From the sequence record MZ502379.1: a stretch of DNA of 64,000 nucleotides. The stretch is one strand, 5' to 3'. The notes below the pieces were generated by a model, which was not told the origin of the DNA, searched no databases, and saw only the letters and a list, made by a program, of their open reading frames with translations. Origin of the DNA: Escherichia phage vB_EcoM_Shinka. A program made the translations under genes and the position numbers. Positions 38,167 through 49,629 of this stretch are shown piece by piece; position 1 is the first letter of the stretch, and each line of letters starts with the position of its first letter.

Positions 38167-38991
38167 TTAGATATTTGACCAGACTTTGTTTGCAGAGAAA
38201 CGTTTTCCTTTTGAAACGAACTGCTGAAGTGGCATCAACACAACGTTCGCCCAGTCTTTCGGGGCGATTTCAACAAGGCTACCCATAATATTACCAGGTA
38301 TATATGCCTTAATCATTTGGTCTGCACCCCTAAATCCTTTCACTTGACTCCAATCAATTTTTAATTTCGTTTTATTAGTAATAGTAGGTGTATTTGCATA
38401 TTGCTTTAAAAGCTCTTCTAGGAATTGCTGACGAGCTTTAGGTGGAATATAGTGCAAGTTTAATCCGTACATTAAATTATGCTTACCTAAACCAAGGTAA
38501 ATTATCAAAGGAAATTTATCCCAGTAAGGAAGAGTTTCCTTGTGTTTAGCATCATAAGCAAAAGCATATATTCGTCCCGGCTGCGGGCGAACAACTTTAT
38601 GTCCTTTTACTTGCTTAATAGTTTCAGCAAACCACTTTCTGGTTTTATTATTAATTGCTGCGCCTTCATTACGAATTTTATCACGCAATGTTTGCCTGAA
38701 TGAATTTATCATAAGCAGTTGTCTTTCTTGCTTATTGAGTTTATTCATTGGTTTTGATTCAAGCTTTTGAATCTTTTCAGCCGTTTTAATTCCTGAAGCA
38801 TATTTTGACATTGCCGAAGTAAACGTAGAGTATTTGATTCCTCTTTCTTCAGCAAATTGCTTTCCTGTCATTCCTTTTGCTTTGGCCTTTCTGTATTCAA
38901 GACCTATCTGAATCCATTTCTTTTCGTTTAATGATTGCTTAACCTTTGGAACTTGGGGAGTGCTTTCATTAATTATTTGAAAAATAGCCAT
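38167..38991 (-). CDS. 2: DNA end-protector protein gp2 (274 aa)
   Basis: 274-aa basic protein between genes 3 and 4; start overlaps the gene 4 stop. Confidence 0.8.
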   Translation of the reverse strand: MAIFQIINESTPQVPKVKQSLNEKKWIQIGLEYRKAKAKGMTGKQFAEERGIKYSTFTSAMSKYASGIKTAEKIQKLESKPMNKLNKQERQLLMINSFRQTLRDKIRNEGAAINNKTRKWFAETIKQVKGHKVVRPQPGRIYAFAYDAKHKETLPYWDKFPLIIYLGLGKHNLMYGLNLHYIPPKARQQFLEELLKQYANTPTITNKTKLKIDWSQVKGFRGADQMIKAYIPGNIMGSLVEIAPKDWANVVLMPLQQFVSKGKRFSANKVWSNI

Positions 38992-39443
38992 TATGCCCCC
39001 TTAAAGCCAAGAGCTCGTAATCCATCTTCTGTTAGAATTCTAAATTTTATTCCACGCTTTTCAGCTAAAGCTTGCGCTGCTTTCCATTTATCAGTGTTCA
39101 CAGACCAGGTATAAATTTCATTCATAAATCTTTTCTTCGCTGCGGTTGTTAGATGTGCTGGTTTAACTGGTGGTTGTGTTTCTTTTTTAGGTTTTATTTC
39201 AATAAAAAATTCTTGTCCAGAAGAATCTTTCATCCAAATATCCATGAAGTATCTACGTTTTTTCCCTTCGGCATTACAAAAATAAGGAATTACTGCTGTT
39301 TCACTACCCCATGCAATAATTTCTGGATTTTTATCTAACCATTCAAAAAAGAATTTTTCCCAATTTGATCTATACGTAATTTTTTTAGGGTCACCTCTAT
39401 ACTTTGATATATTTTTAGGAACCCATTTTCCAGAATATGCCAT
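38991..39443 (-). CDS. 4: Head completion protein gp4 (150 aa)
   Basis: 150-aa ORF; last early-strand gene before the divergent late promoter region. Confidence 0.85.
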   Translation of the reverse strand: MAYSGKWVPKNISKYRGDPKKITYRSNWEKFFFEWLDKNPEIIAWGSETAVIPYFCNAEGKKRRYFMDIWMKDSSGQEFFIEIKPKKETQPPVKPAHLTTAAKKRFMNEIYTWSVNTDKWKAAQALAEKRGIKFRILTEDGLRALGFKGA

Positions 39444-39454
39444 TGGATTCTCCT

Positions 39455-39462
39455 TATAAATA
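39455..39462 (+). promoter_or_regulatory. Late promoter (TATAAATA) for gene 53
   Basis: Exact TATAAATA about 30 nt upstream of the gene 53 ATG with GGAGGG RBS. Confidence 0.6.
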
Positions 39463-39471
39463 GATAATATA

Positions 39472-39479
39472 TTTATAAA
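39472..39479 (-). promoter_or_regulatory. Late promoter (TATAAATA) directed toward gene 4
   Basis: Plus strand tatttata, i.e. TATAAATA on the minus strand; divergent from the gene 53 promoter. Confidence 0.5.
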
Positions 39480-39490
39480 CAGGAGGGCCC

Positions 39491-40081
39491 ATGCTCTTTA
39501 CATTTTTTGATCCGATTGAATATGCGGCCAAAACGGTGAATAAAAACGCGCCGACTATTCCTATGACAGATATTTTTAGAAACTATAAAGACTATTTCAA
39601 ACGTGCTCTTGCGGGATACCGCTTACGTACTTATTATATTAAAGGTTCACCACGCCCGGAAGAATTAGCAAATGCTATATATGGAAATCCGCAGTTGTAT
39701 TGGGTTTTATTGATGTGTAATGATAATTATGATCCGTATTATGGATGGATTACTTCGCAAGAAGCTGCTTATCAAGCATCTATACAAAAATACAAAAACG
39801 TAGGTGGAGACCAAATAGTATATCATGTGAATGAGAACGGTGAAAAATTTTATAATTTAATATCATATGATGATAATCCATATGTTTGGTATGACAAAGG
39901 CGATAAAGCTAGAAAATATCCTCAATATGAAGGAGCACTTGCCGCGGTCGATACGTATGAAGCTGCTGTTCTTGAAAATGAAAAACTTCGTCAAATAAAA
40001 ATAATAGCAAAATCAGACATCAATTCATTTATGAACGACCTTATACGTATAATGGAGAAATCTTATGGAAATGATAAGTAA
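39491..40081 (+). CDS. 53: Baseplate wedge protein gp53 (196 aa)
   Basis: 196-aa ORF at the head of the conserved 53-5-6-7-8 baseplate block. Confidence 0.85.
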   Translation: MLFTFFDPIEYAAKTVNKNAPTIPMTDIFRNYKDYFKRALAGYRLRTYYIKGSPRPEELANAIYGNPQLYWVLLMCNDNYDPYYGWITSQEAAYQASIQKYKNVGGDQIVYHVNENGEKFYNLISYDDNPYVWYDKGDKARKYPQYEGALAAVDTYEAAVLENEKLRQIKIIAKSDINSFMNDLIRIMEKSYGNDK

Positions 40082-41792
40082 TAACCTTAATTGGTTTGTT
40101 GGTGTTGTTGAAGATAGAATGGACCCATTAAAATTAGGTCGTGTTCGTGTTCGTGTAGTTGGTCTGCATCCACCTCAAAGAGCACAAGGCGACGTAATGG
40201 GTATTCCAACTGATAAATTACCATGGATGTCAGTTATTCAACCTATAACTTCTGCAGCAATGTCTGGAATTGGAGGCTCCGTTACTGGTCCGGTAGAAGG
40301 AACTAGAGTTTATGGTCATTTTTTAGACAAATGGAAAACTAACGGAATTGTCCTTGGCACGTATGGTGGAATAGTTCGCGAAAAACCGAATAGACTTGAA
40401 GGATTTTCTGACCCAACTGGGCAGTATCCTAGACGTTTAGGAAATGATACTAACGTACTAAACCAAGGCGGAGAAGTAGGATATGATTCCTCTTCTAATA
40501 TTATCCAAGATAGCAATCTAGACACTGCAATAAATCCTGATGATAGACCACTATCAGAGATTCCAACTGATGATAATCCAAACATGTCAATGGCTGAAAT
40601 GCTTCGCCGTGATGAAGGATTAAGACTAAAAGTTTATTGGGATACCGAAGGATATCCGACAATTGGTATTGGTCATCTTATCATGAAGCAGCCAGTTCGT
40701 GATATGACCCAAATTAATAAAGTTTTATCAAAACAAGTTGGTCGTGAAATTACCGGAAATCCAGGTTCTATTACAATGGAAGAAGCGGTAACTTTATTTG
40801 AACGTGATTTAGCTGATATGCAACGCGACATTAAATCGCATTCTAAAGTTGGCCCAGTCTGGCAAGCTGTCAACCGTTCTCGTCAAATGGCATTAGAAAA
40901 TATGGCATTTCAGATGGGTGTTGGCGGTGTAGCTAAATTTAACACAATGTTAACTGCTATGTTAGCAGGAGATTGGGAAAAAGCATATAAAGCCGGTCGT
41001 GATTCATTGTGGTATCAACAAACAAAAGGCCGTGCATCCCGTGTTACTATGATTATTCTTACGGGGAATTTGGAATCATATGGTGTTGAAGTGAAAACTC
41101 CAGCTAGGTCTTTATCGGCAATGGCTGCGACTGTAGCTAAATCTTCTGACCCTGCTGACCCTCCTATTCCAAATGACTCGAGAATTTTATTCAAAGAACC
41201 AGTTTCTTCATATAAAGGCGAATATCCTTATGTGCATACAATGGAAACTGAAAGTGGGCATATTCAGGAATTTGATGATACCCCTGGGCAAGAACGATAT
41301 AGATTAGTTCATCCAACTGGAACTTATGAAGAAGTATCACCGTCAGGAAGAAGAACAAGAAAAACTGTTGATAATTTGTATGATATAACAAATGCTGATG
41401 GTAATTTTTTGGTAGCCGGTGATAAAAAGACTAACGTCGGTGGGTCAGAAATTTATTACAACATGGATAATCGTCTTCACCAGATAGATGGAAGCAATAC
41501 AATATTTGTGCGCGGCGACGAAACTAAGACGGTTGAAGGTAATGGAACTATCCTAGTTAAAGGTAATGTTACTATTGTAGTTGAAGGTAATGCTGACATT
41601 ACAGTTAAAGGAGATGCTACCACTTTAGTTGAAGGAAATCAAACTAATACAGTAAATGGAAATCTTTCTTGGAAAGTTGCCGGGACAGTTGATTGGGACG
41701 TTGGTGGTGATTGGACAGAAAAAATGGCATCTATGAGTTCTATTTCATCTGGTCAATACACAATTGATGGATCGAGGATTGACATTGGCTAA
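40065..41792 (+). CDS. 5: Baseplate hub subunit and tail lysozyme gp5 (575 aa)
   Basis: Central lysozyme domain homologous to e (MAEMLRRDEGLRLKVYWDTEGYPTIGIGHLI) and C-terminal beta-helix repeats (VEGNGTILVKGNVTIVVEGNADITVKGD). Confidence 0.95.
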   Translation: MEMISNNLNWFVGVVEDRMDPLKLGRVRVRVVGLHPPQRAQGDVMGIPTDKLPWMSVIQPITSAAMSGIGGSVTGPVEGTRVYGHFLDKWKTNGIVLGTYGGIVREKPNRLEGFSDPTGQYPRRLGNDTNVLNQGGEVGYDSSSNIIQDSNLDTAINPDDRPLSEIPTDDNPNMSMAEMLRRDEGLRLKVYWDTEGYPTIGIGHLIMKQPVRDMTQINKVLSKQVGREITGNPGSITMEEAVTLFERDLADMQRDIKSHSKVGPVWQAVNRSRQMALENMAFQMGVGGVAKFNTMLTAMLAGDWEKAYKAGRDSLWYQQTKGRASRVTMIILTGNLESYGVEVKTPARSLSAMAATVAKSSDPADPPIPNDSRILFKEPVSSYKGEYPYVHTMETESGHIQEFDDTPGQERYRLVHPTGTYEEVSPSGRRTRKTVDNLYDITNADGNFLVAGDKKTNVGGSEIYYNMDNRLHQIDGSNTIFVRGDETKTVEGNGTILVKGNVTIVVEGNADITVKGDATTLVEGNQTNTVNGNLSWKVAGTVDWDVGGDWTEKMASMSSISSGQYTIDGSRIDIG

Positions 41793-42321
41793 TATACTTC
41801 CAATGAGCGCTGATTTAGGAGAATCCATGGAAGGTTCTTCTATCGACGTCACCTTTACCGCTCAATTAGAAACAGGTGAAACGTTAGTATCTATAAATAT
41901 AACTAGTTACGAAGAAACTCCTGGGGTTTTAGTAGAAGAAAATCGCTTATATGGAACATATGAATCTGTGTTTGGATTTGGAAATAACGCGTTGAAATAT
42001 CGTTTAGGCGATGAATTTAAAACTGCTGCTTCATGGGAAGACCTTCCAACTGATTCTAATACTCAGCTATATCTATGGAAAGCTCCTCAAAACCTCCAGA
42101 AGACATTCACTTACGAAGTAACATTAATATATGACTACCAAGAACAAAGTGAATCTGGAGGTTCTGGCAGTAATTCTAGGTCATCTTCTGATACTACTGA
42201 ACCGACAGATCCTCCTGCTCCAGTAAGAAAAACTCTCGTTAAAAATTATACTAAAACTATAGTTGGAAATTGGAGTCGTTGGGCTAATAAATTAAGAAGC
42301 TATGTGTATGAGAGGTCATAG
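41764..42321 (+). CDS. 5.1: Baseplate hub-associated protein gp5.1 (185 aa)
   Basis: ORF between genes 5 and 5.4 as in T4. Confidence 0.7.
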
Positions 42322-42615
42322 ATGTCAGGATTAAGTTATGATAAATGTGTTACTGCTGGTCATGAAGCATGGCCTCCAACAGTTGTGAATGCTACACAAA
42401 GTAAAGTATTCACTGGAGGAATTGCTGTTCTCGTAGCAGGTGATCCAATTACAGAACATACAGAAATTAAAAAGCCATATGAAACACATGGCGGAGTGAC
42501 ACAACCCAGAACTTCTAAGGTATATGTCACTGGAAAGAAAGCTGTTCAAATGGCTGATCCAATATCATGCGGTGATACTGTGGCTCAGGCATCATCTAAA
42601 GTATTCATTAAATAG
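42322..42615 (+). CDS. 5.4: PAAR-repeat spike tip protein gp5.4 (97 aa)
   Basis: 97-aa ORF with PAAR-like repeats; immediately upstream of gene 6. Confidence 0.8.
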
Positions 42616-42623
42616 GATTTAAA

Positions 42624-44606
42624 ATGGCAAATACCCCTGTAAATTATCAATTAACAAGAACAGCAAATGCTATTCCCGAGATATTCGTCGGGGGTACGTT
42701 TGCTGAAATAAAACAAAACCTCATTGAATGGCTTAATGGCCAAAATGAATTTTTGGATTATGATTTTGAAGGCTCAAGATTAAACGTTCTGTGTGACCTT
42801 TTAGCTTATAATACATTGTACATTCAACAGTTTGGTAATGCTGCTGTGTATGAAAGCTTTATGCGTACTGCTAACTTACGAAGTTCAGTTGTTCAAGCTG
42901 CACAAGATAACGGATATTTACCTACTTCAAAATCCGCTGCGCAGACCGAAATTATGTTAACATGCACCGACGCATTGAATAGGAATTACATTACTATTCC
43001 TCGCGGAACTCGCTTTTTAGCATATGCAAAAGATACTTCTGTTAATCCATATAACTTCGTTTCTACCGAAGACGTTATTGCTATTCGTGATAAAAATAAC
43101 CAATATTTTCCGCGTTTAAAATTGGCCCAGGGACGTATAGTAAGAACTGAAATCATTTATGATAAATTAACACCTATTATCATTTATGATAAAAATATTG
43201 ATAGAAACCAGGTTAAATTATACGTTGATGGAGCAGAATGGATTAACTGGACAAGAAAGTCAATGGTTCATGCTGGTTCTACATCGACAATTTACTACAT
43301 GCGTGAAACTATTGATGGAAATACTGAATTCTATTTTGGTGAAGGTGAAATTTCTGTTAATGCTTCTGAAGGAGCTTTGACCGCTAATTATATCGGAGGT
43401 CTTAAACCTACCCAGAACTCTACGATTGTTATTGAGTACATCAGTACTAACGGTGCAGATGCGAATGGCGCAGTCGGATTTTCATATGCAGATACATTAA
43501 CAAATATAACTGTCATCAACATTAATGAAAATCCAAACGATGACCCAGATTTTGTTGGGGCAGATGGCGGCGGCGATCCAGAAGATATTGAACGTATTCG
43601 CGAATTGGGTACTATTAAACGCGAAACCCAGCAGCGCTGCGTAACTGCGACTGACTATGATACATTCGTTTCAGAGAGATTTGGTTCTATTATTCAAGCA
43701 GTTCAGACGTTCACTGATTCTACTAAACCTGGTTATGCATTTATTGCTGCTAAACCTAAATCAGGTCTGTATTTAACTACTGTACAGCGTGAAGATATTA
43801 AAAATTATCTCAAAGACTATAATTTAGCTCCTATTACGCCATCAATTATTTCTCCTAATTATCTTTTTATTAAGACTAATTTAAAAGTCACATATGCTTT
43901 AAATAAGCTGCAAGAATCCGAACAGTGGCTCGAAGGTCAAATAATTGATAAAATTGATCGTTATTATACCGAAGACGTAGAAATTTTTAATTCATCTTTC
44001 GCTAAATCTAAGATGTTGACATATGTAGATGATGCAGATCATTCTATCATTGGCTCATCAGCGACAATTCAAATTGTTCGTGAAGTACAAAACTTCTATA
44101 AAACGCCTGAAGCAGGTATTAAATACAATAATCAAATAAAAGATCGTTCTATGGAATCTAATACGTTTTCATTTAATTCTGGACGAAAGGTTGTAAATCC
44201 TGATACTGGTTTAGAAGAAGATGTATTATATGACGTTCGCATAGTATCAACAGACCGAGATTCTAAAGGAATTGGTAAAGTTATTATTGGTCCATTTGCT
44301 TCTGGCGATGTTACAGAAAATGAAAACATTCAGCCATATACAGGCAACGATTTTAACAAATTAGCAAATTCTGATGGACGCGACAAATACTATGTTATCG
44401 GTGAAATAAATTATCCAGCTGATGTGATTTATTGGAATATCGCTAAAATTAATTTAACATCTGAAAAATTTGAAGTTCAGACCATCGAATTATATTCTGA
44501 CCCAACCGATGATGTTATCTTTACTCGCGACGGTTCACTGATTGTATTTGAAAATGACTTACGTCCACAATACTTAACTATCGATTTGGAGCCTATATCA
44601 CAATGA
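42624..44606 (+). CDS. 6: Baseplate wedge protein gp6 (660 aa)
   Basis: 660-aa ORF in conserved position and size. Confidence 0.9.
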   Translation: MANTPVNYQLTRTANAIPEIFVGGTFAEIKQNLIEWLNGQNEFLDYDFEGSRLNVLCDLLAYNTLYIQQFGNAAVYESFMRTANLRSSVVQAAQDNGYLPTSKSAAQTEIMLTCTDALNRNYITIPRGTRFLAYAKDTSVNPYNFVSTEDVIAIRDKNNQYFPRLKLAQGRIVRTEIIYDKLTPIIIYDKNIDRNQVKLYVDGAEWINWTRKSMVHAGSTSTIYYMRETIDGNTEFYFGEGEISVNASEGALTANYIGGLKPTQNSTIVIEYISTNGADANGAVGFSYADTLTNITVININENPNDDPDFVGADGGGDPEDIERIRELGTIKRETQQRCVTATDYDTFVSERFGSIIQAVQTFTDSTKPGYAFIAAKPKSGLYLTTVQREDIKNYLKDYNLAPITPSIISPNYLFIKTNLKVTYALNKLQESEQWLEGQIIDKIDRYYTEDVEIFNSSFAKSKMLTYVDDADHSIIGSSATIQIVREVQNFYKTPEAGIKYNNQIKDRSMESNTFSFNSGRKVVNPDTGLEEDVLYDVRIVSTDRDSKGIGKVIIGPFASGDVTENENIQPYTGNDFNKLANSDGRDKYYVIGEINYPADVIYWNIAKINLTSEKFEVQTIELYSDPTDDVIFTRDGSLIVFENDLRPQYLTIDLEPISQ

Positions 44607-47600
44607 CAGTAAAAGCACCTTCAGTCACTAGTCTCAGAATTTCCAAGTTATCCGCAAATCAGGTGCAAGTACGCTGGGATGACGTTGGTGCTAATTTCTA
44701 CTATTTTGTAGAAATCGCTGAGACAAAAACGAACTCGGGGGAAAATCTCCCGAGTAATCAATACAGATGGATTAACTTAGGATATACTGCAAATAACAGC
44801 TTCTTTTTTGATGATGCTGACCCATTGACATCATACATTATCAGAGTAGCTACAGCTGCGCAAGATTTTGAGCAGTCTGATTGGATTTATACCGAAGAGT
44901 TTGAAACTTTTGCTACAAATGCTTATACATTTCAAAACATGATTGAAATGCAATTAGCCAATAAATTCATTCAGGAAAAATTTACTCTTAATAATTCTGA
45001 TTATGTTAATTTTAACAATGACACTATAATGGCTGCATTGATGAATGAATCATTTCAATTCAGCCCATCGTATGTTGATGTTTCATCAATAAGTAATTTT
45101 ATTATTGGTGAAAATGAGTATCATGAAATACAAGGTTCTATTCAGCAAGTATGTAAGGATATTAACCGAGTTTATTTGATGGAATCAGAAGGAATTCTAT
45201 ATCTTTTTGAGCGCTATCAACCTGTAGTTAAAGTATCCAATGATAAAGGACAAACCTGGAAAGCCGTAAAGCTCTTCAATGACCGTGTAGGATATCCTTT
45301 ATCTAAGACAGTATATTACCAATCTGCGAACACAACATACGTTCTAGGATACGACAAGATTTTCTATGGCCGTAAATCGACTGACGTTAGATGGTCAGCA
45401 GATGATGTCAGATTCAGTTCGCAGGATATAACATTTGCTAAACTTGGCGACCAGTTACATTTAGGATTTGATGTAGAAATCTTTGGTACTTATGCGACTT
45501 TACCAGCGAATGTATATCGTATAGCTGAAGCCATTACTTGTACGGATGATTATATCTATGTTGTTGCCAGAGATAAAGTTAGATATATAAAAACGAGCAA
45601 TGCACCTATAGATTCTGATCCATTATCTCCAACATATTCGGAAAGGCTATTTGAATCTGATACAATGACTATAACTGGAAATCCTAAAGCAGTATGCTAT
45701 AAAATGGATTCTATTGGTGATAAAGTTTTTGCTCTTATTATCGGTGAAGTTGAAACATTAAATGCTAATCCTAGAACGTCAAAAATAATTGATTCTACTG
45801 ATAAAGGAATATATGTTTTAAATCATGACACAAAAACGTGGAAAAGAGTTTTTGGCAACACTGAAGAAGAAAGAAGACGTATTCAACCTGGGTATGCGAA
45901 TATGTCAACTGATGGTAAATTAGTTTCTCTATCTTCGAGTAATTTTAAATTTTTAAATGATAACGTTGTTAATGACCCTGAAACTGTAGCAAAATATCAG
46001 TTAATCGGTGCCGTTAAATATGAATTTCCTCGTGAATGGTTAGCTGATAAGCATTATCATATGATGGCATTTATAGCAGATGAAAAGTCTGATTGGGAAA
46101 CTTTTACGCCTCAGCCAATGAAATACTACGCAGAACCGTTCTTTAATTGGTCTAAAAAATCTAACACACGCTGTTGGATAAACAACTCTAATAGAGCTGT
46201 AGTAGTTTATGCTGATTTAAAATACACTAAAGTTATAGAAAATATTCCGGAAACATCACCAGATAGATTAGTTCATGAATACTGGGATGATGGTGATTGT
46301 ACGATAGTAATGCCAAATGTTAAATTCACGGGATTTAAAAAATATACGTCTGGGATGCTTTTTTATAAATCTTCTGGTGAAATAATTTCTTATTATGATT
46401 TTAACTATCGTGTGAGAGATACAGTAGAAATTATTTGGAAGCCGACTGGAGTATTTTTAAAAGCATTTTTACAAAACCAAGAGCATGAGACTCCTTGGTC
46501 GCCAGAAGAAGAGCATGGATTAGCTGACCCTGATTTAAGACCATTAATTGGCACAATGATGCCTGATTCTTATTTGTTGCAGGATTCGAATTTTGAGGCA
46601 TTTTGTGAAGCATATATTCAATATCTTTCTGACGGATACGGAACTCAGTATAATAATTTACGAAATTTAATTCGTAATCAGTATCCACGAGAAGAGCATG
46701 CGTGGGAATATTTGTGGTCAGAGATATATAAAAGAAACATTTATTTAAATGCTGACAAACGTGATGCTGTTGCAAGATTTTTTGAATCACGTAGTTATGA
46801 TTTTTATTCTACTAAAGGAATTGAAGCATCATACAAATTTCTTTTTAAAGTTCTTTATAATGAAGAAGTTGAAATTGAAATTGAATCTGGAGCTGGTACT
46901 GAATATGATATAATCGTTCAATCTGATTCTTTGACTGAGGATTTAGTAGGACAAACGATTTATACAGCTACAGGAAGATGTAATGTTACTTATATAGAAA
47001 GAAGTTATTCTAATGGTAAATTGCAATGGACCGTGACTATACATAATCTTTTGGGGCGTTTAATAGCAGGGCAAGAAGTTAAAGCAGAAAGACTCCCTAG
47101 TTTTGAAGGCGAAATTATTCGTGGAGTTAAAGGAAAGGATTTGCTTCAAAACAATATAGACTATATTAATAGAAGTAGATCATACTATGTAATGAAAATT
47201 AAATCCAATTTACCTTCTTCCCGCTGGAAATCTGACGTTATTCGTTTTGTTCATCCAGTAGGATTTGGATTTATAGCAATTACCCTTTTAACGATGTTTA
47301 TTAATGTTGGTTTAACTCTTAAACATACAGAGACCATAATTAATAAATACAAAAACTATAAATGGGATTCTGGATTGCCTACTGAATATGCTGATAGAGT
47401 AGCTAAATTAACTCCAACCGGTGAAATTGAGTATGATTCAGTAACAGGCGAAGCAATTTATGAGCCTGGCCCAATGGCTGGTGTAGAATATCCTCTTCCT
47501 GATGACTATAATGCTGAAAATAATAATTCAATATTTCAAGGTCAATTGCCGTCTGAACGACGTAAATTAATGAGTCCCCTATTTGATGCTTCTGGAACAA

Positions 47601-47701
47601 CATTTGCGCAATTTAGGGATTTAGTTAATAAACGTCTAAAAGATAATATAGGAAATCCAAGAGACCCTGAAAATCCAACACAGGTTAAAATAGATGAATG
47701 A
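44603..47701 (+). CDS. 7: Baseplate wedge protein gp7 (1032 aa)
   Basis: 1032-aa ORF, the largest baseplate protein, in conserved position; overlaps gene 6 stop and gene 8 start. Confidence 0.9.
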   Translation: MTVKAPSVTSLRISKLSANQVQVRWDDVGANFYYFVEIAETKTNSGENLPSNQYRWINLGYTANNSFFFDDADPLTSYIIRVATAAQDFEQSDWIYTEEFETFATNAYTFQNMIEMQLANKFIQEKFTLNNSDYVNFNNDTIMAALMNESFQFSPSYVDVSSISNFIIGENEYHEIQGSIQQVCKDINRVYLMESEGILYLFERYQPVVKVSNDKGQTWKAVKLFNDRVGYPLSKTVYYQSANTTYVLGYDKIFYGRKSTDVRWSADDVRFSSQDITFAKLGDQLHLGFDVEIFGTYATLPANVYRIAEAITCTDDYIYVVARDKVRYIKTSNAPIDSDPLSPTYSERLFESDTMTITGNPKAVCYKMDSIGDKVFALIIGEVETLNANPRTSKIIDSTDKGIYVLNHDTKTWKRVFGNTEEERRRIQPGYANMSTDGKLVSLSSSNFKFLNDNVVNDPETVAKYQLIGAVKYEFPREWLADKHYHMMAFIADEKSDWETFTPQPMKYYAEPFFNWSKKSNTRCWINNSNRAVVVYADLKYTKVIENIPETSPDRLVHEYWDDGDCTIVMPNVKFTGFKKYTSGMLFYKSSGEIISYYDFNYRVRDTVEIIWKPTGVFLKAFLQNQEHETPWSPEEEHGLADPDLRPLIGTMMPDSYLLQDSNFEAFCEAYIQYLSDGYGTQYNNLRNLIRNQYPREEHAWEYLWSEIYKRNIYLNADKRDAVARFFESRSYDFYSTKGIEASYKFLFKVLYNEEVEIEIESGAGTEYDIIVQSDSLTEDLVGQTIYTATGRCNVTYIERSYSNGKLQWTVTIHNLLGRLIAGQEVKAERLPSFEGEIIRGVKGKDLLQNNIDYINRSRSYYVMKIKSNLPSSRWKSDVIRFVHPVGFGFIAITLLTMFINVGLTLKHTETIINKYKNYKWDSGLPTEYADRVAKLTPTGEIEYDSVTGEAIYEPGPMAGVEYPLPDDYNAENNNSIFQGQLPSERRKLMSPLFDASGTTFAQFRDLVNKRLKDNIGNPRDPENPTQVKIDE

Positions 47702-48698
47702 TTCAAGTGTTATCTATCGTGCGATAGTTACTTCAAAATTTAGAACAGAAAAAATGCTGAATTTTTATAATTCAATTGGAAGTGGTCCGGATAAAAACAC
47801 TATCTTTATCACATTTGGAAGATCAGAACCGTGGTCATCAAATGAAAATGAGGTGGGCTTTGCCCCACCTTATCCAACCGATTCTGTATTAGGCGTAACT
47901 GACATGTGGACGCATATGATGGGAACAGTAAAAGTTCTTCCATCAATGCTTGATGCTGTTATTCCTCGCAGAGATTGGGGAGATACTAGATATCCGGATC
48001 CATACACATTTAGAATTAACGATATTGTAGTGTGTAACTCAGCTCCTTACAACGCTACTGAATCAGGCGCAGGCTGGTTAGTATATCGTTGTTTAGATGT
48101 TCCTGATACTGGAATGTGTTCAATCGCATCTTTAACTGATAAGGATGAATGCCTTAAATTAGGCGGAAAATGGACACCTTCTGTTAGGTCAATGACTCCT
48201 CCTGAAGGTCGAGGAGATGCTGAAGGAACAATTGAACCTGGGGACGGGTATGTATGGGAATATCTTTTTGAGATTCCACCCGATGTATCTATAAATAGAT
48301 GCACGAATGAATATATCGTAGTTCCTTGGCCTGAGGAATTAAAAGAAGACCCGACTAGATGGGGATATGAAGATAATCTCACTTGGCAGCAAGATGATTT
48401 TGGATTAATTTACCGGGTTAAGGCAAATACTATCCGTTTTAAAGCATATTTAGATTCAGTTTATTTTCCTGATGCTGCATTGCCAGGAAATAAAGGATTT
48501 AGACAAATATCAATAATCACGAATCCTCTTGAAGCTAAAGCTCATCCAAATGACCCAAACGTTAAAGCTGAAAAGGATTATTATGACCCAGAAGATTTAA
48601 TGAGGCATTCGGGCGAAATGATTTATATGGAAAATAGGCCACCTATTATTATGGCAATGGATCAAACAGAAGAAATCAATATTCTGTTTACATTTTAA
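47694..48698 (+). CDS. 8: Baseplate wedge protein gp8 (334 aa)
   Basis: 334-aa ORF followed by a terminator. Confidence 0.9.
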   Translation: MNDSSVIYRAIVTSKFRTEKMLNFYNSIGSGPDKNTIFITFGRSEPWSSNENEVGFAPPYPTDSVLGVTDMWTHMMGTVKVLPSMLDAVIPRRDWGDTRYPDPYTFRINDIVVCNSAPYNATESGAGWLVYRCLDVPDTGMCSIASLTDKDECLKLGGKWTPSVRSMTPPEGRGDAEGTIEPGDGYVWEYLFEIPPDVSINRCTNEYIVVPWPEELKEDPTRWGYEDNLTWQQDDFGLIYRVKANTIRFKAYLDSVYFPDAALPGNKGFRQISIITNPLEAKAHPNDPNVKAEKDYYDPEDLMRHSGEMIYMENRPPIIMAMDQTEEINILFTF

Positions 48699-48703
48699 AT
48701 TAA

Positions 48704-48727
48704 GGGAGCCCATGGGCTCCCTTTTTT
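48704..48727 (+). terminator. Rho-independent terminator after gene 8
   Basis: gggagcc-catg-ggctccc hairpin followed by TTTTTT. Confidence 0.7.
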
Positions 48728-48730
48728 CTT

Positions 48731-48738
48731 TATAAATA
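48731..48738 (+). promoter_or_regulatory. Late promoter (TATAAATA) for gene 9
   Basis: Exact TATAAATA about 25 nt upstream of the gene 9 ATG. Confidence 0.65.
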
Positions 48739-48762
48739 TTATAAACTCATAAGGAAACCGCT

Positions 48763-49629
48763 ATGTTCATTCAAGAACCAAAGAAATTGATTGATACCGG
48801 CGAAATTGGTAACGTTTCTACTGGTGATATCTTATTCGACGGTGGTAATAAAATTAATAGTGATTTTAACGCAATTTATAATGCGTTTGGCGATCAGCGT
48901 AAAATGGCAGTAGCAAATGGCACTGGAGCAGATGGTCAAATTATCCATGCTACTGGGTATTATCAAAAACACTCTATTACAGAGTACGCAACTCCAGTGA
49001 AAGTTGGCACTAGACATGATATTGATACCTCTACTGTAGGTGTTAAAGTTATTATTGAAAGAGGCGAACTCGGCGATTGTGTTGAATTCATTAACTCTAA
49101 TGGATCAATATCAGTTACTAATCCTTTAACAATTCAAGCTATTGATTCAATTAAAGGTGTTTCAGGTAATTTAGTAGTAACTAGCCCATATAGTAAAGTA
49201 ACTTTACGCTGTATTTCATCTGATAATTCTACATCGGTTTGGAATTATTCTATTGAAAGTATGTTTGGACAAAAGGAATCACCAGCTGAAGGTACATGGA
49301 ATATTTCTACATCCGGATCAGTTGACATTCCATTGTTTCATCGTACTGAATATAACATGGCTAAATTGTTAGTTACATGCCAATCAGTAGATGGAAGAAA
49401 AATTAAAACGGCAGAAATAAATATTCTTGTAGATACTGTTAATTCAGCGGTCATTTCTTCTGAATATGCTGTCATGCGGGTTGGAAATGAAACAGAAGAA
49501 GACGAAATCGCTAATATTGCATTTAGTATTAAAGAAAATTATGTAACGGCAACTATAAGTTCTTCAACTGTCGGTATGAGAGCAGCAGTTAAAGTTATCG
49601 CTACGCAGAAAATCGGGGTGGCTCAATAA
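48763..49629 (+). CDS. 9: Baseplate protein gp9, long tail fibre socket (288 aa)
   Basis: 288-aa ORF in conserved position; own late promoter. Confidence 0.9.
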   Translation: MFIQEPKKLIDTGEIGNVSTGDILFDGGNKINSDFNAIYNAFGDQRKMAVANGTGADGQIIHATGYYQKHSITEYATPVKVGTRHDIDTSTVGVKVIIERGELGDCVEFINSNGSISVTNPLTIQAIDSIKGVSGNLVVTSPYSKVTLRCISSDNSTSVWNYSIESMFGQKESPAEGTWNISTSGSVDIPLFHRTEYNMAKLLVTCQSVDGRKIKTAEINILVDTVNSAVISSEYAVMRVGNETEEDEIANIAFSIKENYVTATISSSTVGMRAAVKVIATQKIGVAQ

